Source: Phycisphaerales bacterium (GTDB lineage: Bacteria > Planctomycetota > Phycisphaerae > UBA1845 > G020352895). Taken from it: 64,000 nt of DNA. The position numbers and the translations under genes were made by a program. The notes beneath the pieces are model-generated. The model did no database searches and had not been told where the DNA came from. It was given only the letters and a program-made list of their open reading frames with translations. Every line of letters begins with the position of its first letter. The stretch's first letter is position 1. The DNA lies in the NCBI GenBank assembly GCA_020352895.1, contig CP070685.1, positions 3,356,649-3,420,648 of the forward strand, written 5' to 3'. Shown here piece after piece: positions 38,084 through 45,791 of this stretch.

Positions 38084-41000
38084 GTGTACCGCTCATTCTT
38101 CAAGCTCCGCGAAGACCCTTTTGACAACTGCCCCGACCCGCGCTTCTTCTATAACAGTCCGGAACACGAAGAAGCCCTGGCCTCGCTGCAACATGTCGTC
38201 ACCCACCGCAAAGGGGCCATCCTGCTGACCGGCGCCCCGGGGGTCGGCAAGACCCTCGTAGCCCGCCTGGCCTTCCGCTGCTTGGGCCCCGACGTTCGCG
38301 TGGCATGGCTGCGAAACCCGCAATTGTCCGCCAAAGAGCTGCTGGTGGAGGTTTGCCGTGGACTTCACCTGGAGGCAGACGGCAAGGCCTCCCAGGTGGA
38401 TCTAATGAGCCTCCTGGAGCGCCACCTGATCAGCCGGTTTAGCAACGACACGGTGGTATGCATTGTGATCGACGAGGTCCAGGACTTCTCCTGTGAAGCC
38501 GTCCGGCTGCTCAAGACGCTCAACAACTTGGAAGTCGACGACGCCAAGTTGGTCCAATTGATCCTTCTGGGCCACCCCTCTGGCATCTCGCAAACCGTCG
38601 CCGGGCTCTGCAATGATTTTCGGGAAAGGCTCTATCGCATCCTGGAGTTGCCCCCGCTCGATCTGCACCAGACGGATGCCTACATCGCCCAGCGGCTCAC
38701 GCTGGCCGGCAATGACGGGGAAGTCTCCTTCACCGCCGAGGCCGTCGCGCGAATCCACGAGGTCTCCGGAGGCATCCCGCGCGCCATCAACAAGATCGCC
38801 GAGTTCGCTCTCCTGACAGCGTTCGCCCGTTCCGCTCACCTGGTCGGAGCCGACATCGTGGATCACGCCATCCAAGAGAATCAGCTCGATGCCGCCAAGC
38901 TGATGGAGCCGCCCGCGAACGCCGGCCCTCAATCCAACATCGGGCCCGAGCCAGCAACACGGCCGGCCGCCGAATCTGGCGGAGCGGCGCTGACAGGAGA
39001 AGTCAAGCACATGCACCGGATTGCCCGAGGCCTGCGCGCTCGAAGGCAGGACCTGCAGGATGCCGTCACGCTCGCGGACGCCACGCTGGAACACCTGCAG
39101 GATGCCAATGCCAACAGCCACCAGAACCTGACCCGGTTGGAGAATACTCTTGAGCACACCCGCCTCATGACCGAAGCGGCCCGTACGGCCGAGACGGACC
39201 TCCGCTCCGAACGTGACCGCACCGAGAGCCAACTCCGCGATCGGGCTGACGCCGTGGCTGCTCAGGTGGATGACCTCATTGGCAAGCTCGACGCCCATCT
39301 GGCGGACTTCGACCGCCTTCAGGAACGCGCGCGGCGCGCTGTGGCCGATGCCCGCGACCAGATCGCACTACTGGAACAAGCCAGCCAGCACTCGGCCGGC
39401 CTGGCAGCCAATATCGAAGAATTGCACGGTCGAGCCCGCGGGGTCGGAGACCTTTACCGCAGCCTCCAGGCCCGCCTGGACGCCACACAAGGACGCATCG
39501 ACAACGCCACCGCCACGGCCACCGACCAGATTGCTCGCCTGAACGACTACCAGACCTCCTTGAATGATCGCCTCGATCAGGCCAGAAGCGTCATCGCCGC
39601 GTTGGCCAAGGTCAGCGCCTCCGAGCTCACCATGAATGAACTCCTTCAGGCCGCCCAGGGGACTCAGGCCGGTCTTCAAGAAGCCAACAGGATGGCCCAG
39701 CAAACCCTTAGGGAAAGCGAGGACCACGTTGGGGACCTGACCGAAGCTCTCGACCGCAGTCGCCAGCATCTCAAGGACGCCGAACTCATTCTGGCCAGCG
39801 CCCGGGACGATCGGAAGGCCGCGGAGAATACGCAGCAGAACACTCGCGAACTCCTCGAGACCCTGACGGAGCAGAAAGCCCTGTTGGACGAATCCATGGC
39901 CCGCGCGGAACCAAGCGTGAGCGCTGTCCAGCAGGCCCGACTTCAGCTTGAAGATCTCCTGGCCAACAGCCGGGTCGCTGTCGACGAGCTCCAGCGCACC
40001 CGCTCCGAGAGCATCAAAGCCGCTCACGACGCCGCCGAACAGGTCCACGAACGACTCGAGAAGGCCGGCAGACAATTGACCCAGACGGCCAACGCCACGG
40101 AAACCTCTCTGGCCGCCTACGGCGCCCAAGTCAACCAAGCTACCGAGCAGAAGGCTGCCGAAGCGGCACGCATCCTCACCGCCCGGCAGAAGCAAGTCTT
40201 ACAGCAGATTCAAAACGCCGCCACCGAGGTCGAAGCCCGGGCGGCCGCCGCACGCGAGAACATCGAGGACGCCACCGCCTCCGCTCAGCAGAGAGTCTCC
40301 GAAGCGGCACAGACTCTCGCCGACCGGCGGATGGAGGCTTTGCAGCATACTCAACAAGCCGCCGCCGAAGCCGAAGACCGGGCCGCCGCCACGCGCGAGA
40401 ACATCGCCCGGGCGACAGCGTCCGCCGAACAGCAACTGCACGATGCTGGCCAGGAGGCAGCCGAGCATCTCGAGGCCAGGATCAATGCTGCCGGCAATAA
40501 GTGCCGGTCCGTTGTTTCCTCCAGTCAAGCCACTATCGCCGGAGCCACCGACCGACTCGCCAAAATCGTCAATCAAGCGGTCCAGGACGCCACTCGCCAG
40601 CTCACCGCCAGACAGCAGGAGTTGATCGACAGCGCAAACGAGGCCACCCAGGCCGCCGAAGCCGCCCTCTCCCTGGCCCTCAAACAATGCGAGACCGCGG
40701 CCGCCGAGGCCCACGCTCGCATCGCCACCGCCCGAGAAGAACTCACCGATGCAGTCGCTGAGACCCAATCGAAGATCGAGCGGCGCGTCGACCAGACCTC
40801 CCGGCAGTGCAACGACCTGCTCGCACAGGCCGAGCAGCGTCTGGGCGCCCTGGAGAGCGCCAACGCCGACGCGGCCCAAAGCGCTGACTCGATGCGTCGC
40901 CTCATCAGGCAGCTTGATGAGACCCAGGAACGAGGCCTGATCCAGCATCGGGACGCCCAGCGAGCTCACGCCGAGCTGTTCGCGCAGACCGCCCGGGCCG

Positions 41001-42331
41001 AAGACGCCCTCGGCCGCCTGGGCGAGCAGCTTCCGCACGTCGAGGAAGCTCACAAGCGCACCGGGGAACTATTACTGCGAGTCGATCACAAGGTAGATGA
41101 GCTCCAGCAGAGTCTTCAACAGGGCGACGCCTTCCTAGGGAAAGCCGCCCAATTCCTGGCAGACTTCCGCAGCTGGAAGCAGGAACTCCAGCGCGACCGC
41201 ACCCAGGCCGCCAAGGTGCTCCGAAGGGCCCGTAAGCATATCGCTAGCGTGCTGGAGGCCGAGGCACGGGCTCGTGGCACCATCCACATCGCCGACGAAA
41301 AGACCGCGAAGTTCGACGCGACCCTTCTGCGGGCCGATAAGCTCCTGTGTGAGACCGCGAACGAATTGAACCGAATGTCCGAGGCTCACGAAAAGACTGA
41401 GCAACTCCTCGATCGTGGGATGAGGCAGCTTAGCGAGCACCAAGTCAAGGCCGACGCAATCGTCACCGCCCTGGAGGAGAAGCGGCTGGCCGCCGGAAAC
41501 GCCCTTGACAAACTCGGGCAGAGCACACGGGCAGCCCTGCAAATCAACAAGATACAAGGACGTACGAGGGATGATCTTCGCAGAGAGACCAAGCGAATAA
41601 CCTCCAGGGCCTACGCCGAGAGGGAAGCGGCCCAGGAAGCACTCGGGAAGCTTCAAGATGCCACACGGCAGGCGGTAGAAGCCGTCGCCCAGCCTCGTGC
41701 TGTCTTGGAAGAGGCCATGCAGCGCGTCCCACAACTACAAAAACTCTGCAAGACGTTGCATGAGATCTACTTCAAGCTGAACACGCACGTGCCCGAAATC
41801 GTCACGCCCGGCGACTGGGAGAAGATGTGCGACAGCGCCGAAGGCGCCACCCGCCAACTCCTTATCGCCAACACTGCCCGCATTCGCCAACTCGTCGATG
41901 TGACACGACGGCTGTTTGAGAAGACGGCCGAACGCATGGCTCATTTGCAGAGCGAGAACGAGCGCGCCTCGACCCTGTGCCGCATGTTGCCCCGGCGGAT
42001 TGAGGAGTCCGCCAACCACCTGGCGGAGGGCAAGACCGAACCCAAGCAATGCACAAGAACCGGCATCCCTCAGGCGCTGGGTATCGTGAGAAGCGCCAGG
42101 TCTCGCATGCCGGCTCAAGGGGCCTCGACTGTTTCACGAATCGAAACCGATCTCACCGAGCTGTCACACCAGGAGGATTCAGAGAAGGTGGCCGCTTTGG
42201 CCAGGCGCGTCGCGAGGCTGGCTGAAATCGTCCAATCCGGCTCCGGCTTGCCGAAGCCGAGTCCAAGGGCGGATCGGGCCGAACCGGCTCCAGCCTGCGA
42301 GGCAAAAGTGGAAAGCGCTGGGACTGCGTAA
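38084..42331 (+). CDS. ExeA-like AAA ATPase (PEP-CTERM-locus type, TIGR03015-like) fused to about 1,100 aa of coiled coil
   Basis: The N-terminus is MYRSFFKLREDPFDNCPDPRFFYNSPEHEEALASLQHVV. Walker A is LTGAPGVGKT and Walker B is VCIVIDEVQD. Residues from about 300 to 1330 are Ala/Glu/Gln/Arg/Leu/Asp-rich helical repeats without any hydrophobic TM-like stretch. It is one uninterrupted ORF. Confidence 0.85.
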   Translation: MYRSFFKLREDPFDNCPDPRFFYNSPEHEEALASLQHVVTHRKGAILLTGAPGVGKTLVARLAFRCLGPDVRVAWLRNPQLSAKELLVEVCRGLHLEADGKASQVDLMSLLERHLISRFSNDTVVCIVIDEVQDFSCEAVRLLKTLNNLEVDDAKLVQLILLGHPSGISQTVAGLCNDFRERLYRILELPPLDLHQTDAYIAQRLTLAGNDGEVSFTAEAVARIHEVSGGIPRAINKIAEFALLTAFARSAHLVGADIVDHAIQENQLDAAKLMEPPANAGPQSNIGPEPATRPAAESGGAALTGEVKHMHRIARGLRARRQDLQDAVTLADATLEHLQDANANSHQNLTRLENTLEHTRLMTEAARTAETDLRSERDRTESQLRDRADAVAAQVDDLIGKLDAHLADFDRLQERARRAVADARDQIALLEQASQHSAGLAANIEELHGRARGVGDLYRSLQARLDATQGRIDNATATATDQIARLNDYQTSLNDRLDQARSVIAALAKVSASELTMNELLQAAQGTQAGLQEANRMAQQTLRESEDHVGDLTEALDRSRQHLKDAELILASARDDRKAAENTQQNTRELLETLTEQKALLDESMARAEPSVSAVQQARLQLEDLLANSRVAVDELQRTRSESIKAAHDAAEQVHERLEKAGRQLTQTANATETSLAAYGAQVNQATEQKAAEAARILTARQKQVLQQIQNAATEVEARAAAARENIEDATASAQQRVSEAAQTLADRRMEALQHTQQAAAEAEDRAAATRENIARATASAEQQLHDAGQEAAEHLEARINAAGNKCRSVVSSSQATIAGATDRLAKIVNQAVQDATRQLTARQQELIDSANEATQAAEAALSLALKQCETAAAEAHARIATAREELTDAVAETQSKIERRVDQTSRQCNDLLAQAEQRLGALESANADAAQSADSMRRLIRQLDETQERGLIQHRDAQRAHAELFAQTARAEDALGRLGEQLPHVEEAHKRTGELLLRVDHKVDELQQSLQQGDAFLGKAAQFLADFRSWKQELQRDRTQAAKVLRRARKHIASVLEAEARARGTIHIADEKTAKFDATLLRADKLLCETANELNRMSEAHEKTEQLLDRGMRQLSEHQVKADAIVTALEEKRLAAGNALDKLGQSTRAALQINKIQGRTRDDLRRETKRITSRAYAEREAAQEALGKLQDATRQAVEAVAQPRAVLEEAMQRVPQLQKLCKTLHEIYFKLNTHVPEIVTPGDWEKMCDSAEGATRQLLIANTARIRQLVDVTRRLFEKTAERMAHLQSENERASTLCRMLPRRIEESANHLAEGKTEPKQCTRTGIPQALGIVRSARSRMPAQGASTVSRIETDLTELSHQEDSEKVAALARRVARLAEIVQSGSGLPKPSPRADRAEPAPACEAKVESAGTA

Positions 42332-42403
42332 TCACCGCAGCTCCGTACGTTTCACCGGCGCTGCATCAACCGTACATCTCACAAAGTGTTATGGTGAAAG
42401 TGC

Positions 42404-42721
42404 TTACCGACGGGTGGGGGTCATCGCCTCCACGGCCCCGTCCATCAGGCGCTGCTTCATCACGCGCCCGACTTTGAACTTGACGGTTCGTTTCGAGGGA
42501 ACGTTGACCCGCTCGAGGGTCTTGGGGTTCTGGGCGACGCGAGCCGCCCGCACCTTGCTTTCGAATACGCCGAAGTCTCGAAACTCCAAGCGGTTACCCT
42601 TGCCCAACTCCTCGATGATCGCATCCAGGAAACTCTGAATGATGCGTTTGACCAGAACTCGCTTGCAGGTGTGTGAATCCGCAATCTGGTCTACCAGTTC
42701 CTTCTTTGTGATCGTTGCCAT
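42404..42721 (-). CDS. HU/IHF family DNA-binding protein
   Basis: MATITKKELVDQIA.., GNRLEFRDFGVFESKVRAARVAQNPKTLERVNVPSKRTVKFKVG. I chose the internal ATG 42721 because the 37 upstream codons have no family support. Confidence 0.85.
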   Translation of the reverse strand: MATITKKELVDQIADSHTCKRVLVKRIIQSFLDAIIEELGKGNRLEFRDFGVFESKVRAARVAQNPKTLERVNVPSKRTVKFKVGRVMKQRLMDGAVEAMTPTRR

Positions 42722-43046
42722 GGTGTCTCTCGGTGCTTGAGGTTCCAGCTCCAAAACACCCGGTGGAGGGTGCCGCCCCTGTATGAAAGTGCAGCGTCTG
42801 GACGTGGCAAACCGCTGCATCCAAGTGCCCATGGAATTAGGGTGAATTCACGCAAGTCATCGTACTGCAACCACTTCCCGAAAGCAAGACTTTTTGAGCG
42901 GCCCGCGAGCACAGAATTCGCTCCCGTGGAGCCGCCCGGAAAAACGCCCAGCTGGAGGCATCCTTCCGCCCCAGAGCCCGGTGCCTTGAAGGGCTCCCGA
43001 AAAGCTATTCCTGTGTGACTTTAAACGCTGGAAGGCGGCAAATGCC

Positions 43047-43436
43047 TCATCTGAAGGTCACCCCTTGCCGTCGGCTGGAGAACCTTCGATAGGTGAGGTC
43101 GTTGGTGTGGTTGAAACCTCGCTCGCGATCGATGAGGCGCTCTTCGAACTCTACCCATTCCCCGGCGGAGAACCCGCGCTCGGCAACGGGCCAGGTCCTG
43201 CGAATCGCGAAGTTCTCAGGCACGTAGACCGGCGACGGTCGTCTATCGAATAGCAGGTATGGCTCGACCTGACGTGCGAGCATCACGGGCTGCGTCTCTG
43301 CCGTCGCGGGCGGTTCACTCCCATCAATCATCGGCTGCAGCTCGGCCTGGGGGCTCTCCTGCACGCCCGACGGAACCGAGCAGCCAAGCGCCACCAGTAC
43401 CAGCCCCGCGACCGCCCGTAGTAATGCGCTTCTCAT
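43047..43436 (-). CDS. small lipoprotein, function unknown
   Basis: The signal plus lipobox is GLVLVALGCS. I recognise no family. Confidence 0.5.
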   Translation of the reverse strand: MRSALLRAVAGLVLVALGCSVPSGVQESPQAELQPMIDGSEPPATAETQPVMLARQVEPYLLFDRRPSPVYVPENFAIRRTWPVAERGFSAGEWVEFEERLIDRERGFNHTNDLTYRRFSSRRQGVTFR

Positions 43437-43634
43437 TCCTGGCCCTCCTGGGCCAACGGATATGCAGGAGGCGCGCCTGCTCCTGCCCAGCCCCAGGTCC
43501 TAGAAGGCCATCGCTAAGCCGATGCGCAGTCAAGTCTTGCGCCCACCGGGCCCCGGGCAACACTTGCACCACTGGTAGGGCCCGTGACGCCTGCTGCCTT
43601 GCTGCAACACTTCCCGCTAGAATCGTGGGCCTTG

Positions 43635-45230
43635 ATGCCCTCGCGTTTTCCGACCAGTCCCCGTGGCCCCCGACGCTGCAGCCGCCTTGCATTGGCCTTT
43701 GCTGTCCTCCCGCTCTTTGGCTGCGCCAAACCAACGTTCTTTCCGGACGCTCCCATGGCGCGGGAAAGCATACACGGAGCCACGCATATCGCCTTCGATC
43801 TCGATGGCGATGGCTCACCCGACTACACCCAGGCCTACCGAGGCCCTGTCAAACGCGTCTTCCTCTTCCGCGCGGCGGACGATGCCAATCCGAGGCACCA
43901 CGTCGTCGACTGGGATGACCTTGATCCAGCCAACGAGCGACACCTGTTCTTGCTGCTCGACGGCGTGCCCTACGACGCGATGGCGGAACTGTGGAGCGAG
44001 GGGCGATTTCGCCTCTTTCATCGGCCGGGGTTGCTTATCAGCACACTGCCCTCTCTGACGGACCCGTCGTTCGCTCAGATTCTCCAGGCAGAACCGCCCT
44101 GCGGCTACGAATCCTGCTACTTCCAGCGTGGCCGTAACCGCCTGACCAACGGAACACAGACTTACCTGAGAGGAGACAACGAGCCGTGGAACTCGGCCCT
44201 GGATTACCGCCTCAACTTCATCGAGGACGCCATCATGTACCTCTTCCCCGGTTACGTCTTCCGACGCGAACTGGAGAACGCGCGCCGAACCCTCCTTCGC
44301 TCAGAGCGACACCATCCCGTGGTCTACCTGCTCTCGACGGACGGCCTGGGACACATGCAGAAGCGGACCGAGGTCTTGCGGTACCTTCGCCTGCTGGACC
44401 GCTGGATCGAGAGGCTAATATACGAGCAGGGCGCGCGGTTGCAGATCACCATGCTCGCCGACCACGGGAACAGCTTTGTCGCCACTGAGCCGTTCCGCCT
44501 CAAGGAACTCCTTCAGCAGGCGGGCCTTCACGCGAGCCGTTCCCTCAAGAAGCAGGGAGACGTGGTCGTTCCCGAGTTCGGCCTCATCGATTTTGCAGCC
44601 TTATACGTGTTCGACGCAAACACACTCCATCGGGTCGTTGAAGTGTGTCGCCGCGACCCCGCGGTCGAACTGATCTGCTATCGCCAGGCACAGCCGCCCG
44701 GCATCATCGTTCTGAACGGGCGGCAGCGGGCCCTGATTCATCGCGTGGAACAACCGGTTCGGTACGGGTATGTCCAGCTCTCGGGCGACCCGCTTCGCCT
44801 CGCACAGACAATAAGGAGACTTAAGCAGATCGGTCAGCTCAGCGAGGACGGCCTGGCCCACGACCGGGCATGGCTCCAGGCCACCCGCCATCATGTCTTT
44901 CCCGACCCTCTGCATCGCATCTGGCAGGCCCTGACCGAGAACACGCGGAACCCCGCAGATGTCCTGCTGAGCCTGACCCCCGGTTACCACGTCGGCGATC
45001 CTTCTCTGGACGCGTGGGCGCGGATGGAGGGCACCCACGGCGGCCTGCGTGCCGCCAGCAGCAACACCTTCATCATGTCCACCGCCCTGCAGGTCCCCCC
45101 TTGGCAGCGCCCGGCTGATGTCCTGAAACGCATTCAAGCTACTGTCGCCTGGCAGCCCCGCGTCGGCGGTTCTGCCTCACGTTCACCCGCGCATCAAAAA
45201 ACCCAGGACATCTCCCAGGTCATTCCTTAA
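43635..45230 (+). CDS. alkaline-phosphatase-superfamily lipoprotein (nucleotide pyrophosphatase/PglZ-like core)
   Basis: The lipobox is AVLPLFGCAKP. The metal-ligand and nucleophile-type motifs are LLLDGVPYD, LPSLTDPSF, LLSTDGLGHM, MLADHGNSF and MEGTHGGL. The start is set at the Met before the signal peptide. Confidence 0.65.
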   Translation: MPSRFPTSPRGPRRCSRLALAFAVLPLFGCAKPTFFPDAPMARESIHGATHIAFDLDGDGSPDYTQAYRGPVKRVFLFRAADDANPRHHVVDWDDLDPANERHLFLLLDGVPYDAMAELWSEGRFRLFHRPGLLISTLPSLTDPSFAQILQAEPPCGYESCYFQRGRNRLTNGTQTYLRGDNEPWNSALDYRLNFIEDAIMYLFPGYVFRRELENARRTLLRSERHHPVVYLLSTDGLGHMQKRTEVLRYLRLLDRWIERLIYEQGARLQITMLADHGNSFVATEPFRLKELLQQAGLHASRSLKKQGDVVVPEFGLIDFAALYVFDANTLHRVVEVCRRDPAVELICYRQAQPPGIIVLNGRQRALIHRVEQPVRYGYVQLSGDPLRLAQTIRRLKQIGQLSEDGLAHDRAWLQATRHHVFPDPLHRIWQALTENTRNPADVLLSLTPGYHVGDPSLDAWARMEGTHGGLRAASSNTFIMSTALQVPPWQRPADVLKRIQATVAWQPRVGGSASRSPAHQKTQDISQVIP

Positions 45231-45409
45231 CGCAGCCGTGAAAATCGGCGCAACGCCCGCGCTCTATGGCGCGGTCGAAACATGGCAACCTATATATTGT
45301 ACCACGCCCCACCCCTCACAAAAAGCCGAGTCTTCCCGCAAATCCTTCACTCCTGCCCCTTCCGACAAGGCTTCCCGCTTCCCGGCAACTCCTCAGCCCA
45401 CACGCCGAC

Positions 45410-45425
45410 TGGCACGGACCTTGCC
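45410..45425 (+). promoter_or_regulatory. sigma-54 (-24/-12) promoter candidate
   Basis: cTGGCACGgaccTTGCc matches the consensus YTGGCACGrNNNTTGCW at every fixed position except the final W. It lies in a 561-bp intergenic region, about 370 nt upstream of the next plus-strand gene. Confidence 0.55.
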
Positions 45426-45691
45426 TGAAGCCCGCCGTCCGTTTTTTTCTGTAGACTCCCTTCCATTCGGACCGATCACCTGCTATACAGATAACAGAAG
45501 AGCCGCTTCTGCTGTGTGCGACAGGGAGTGATGTTTGAACAGAACCGATAACGCGAACCCAGGGAGACAAATGAGCGTGTGACCCGATCGATCCGCTTCG
45601 TGCCGACCGTTTGGGACATGCCTACGTCACCCACCTTGAAGCAGGGTTCCGTCAAACTCCTTCCACCGGCATTTGCGGTAGCGGTTGTTCT

Positions 45692-45745
45692 TTCGTAAAA
45701 CATCAAGGAGTTCGCTCACGCGGACTCCTTTGGTGTTTTTACGAA
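45692..45745 (+). promoter_or_regulatory. long imperfect hairpin (attenuator/terminator-like) in the leader of the nucleotidyltransferase gene
   Basis: TTCGTAAAACATCAAGGAGT (45692-45711) pairs with ACTCCTTTGGTGTTTTTACGAA (45724-45745). The core stem is AAGGAGT/ACTCCTT and a T5 run follows. It ends 46 nt before ATG 45792. Confidence 0.4.
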
Positions 45746-45791
45746 GAGGCGCGGATTCTCACCTCCGCATGGCCGATCCGGAACCAGGAAC

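Noticed and set aside
42332-42403. A terminator between the convergent giant ATPase gene and the HU/IHF gene (TTTCACC ... GGTGAAA).
   Set aside because: It is a 7-bp stem separated by a loop of about 37 nt with no flanking T-run, so it is not a credible intrinsic terminator.
45520-45580. A possible RNase P or other housekeeping RNA, because of the string AACAGAACCGATAACG, which resembles the RNase P CR-V motif ACAGAACCCGGCTTA.
   Set aside because: The obligatory GAGGAAAGTCCGGGC (CR-I) and other conserved RNase P regions are absent nearby. No tmRNA, SRP or 6S signatures were recognised either.
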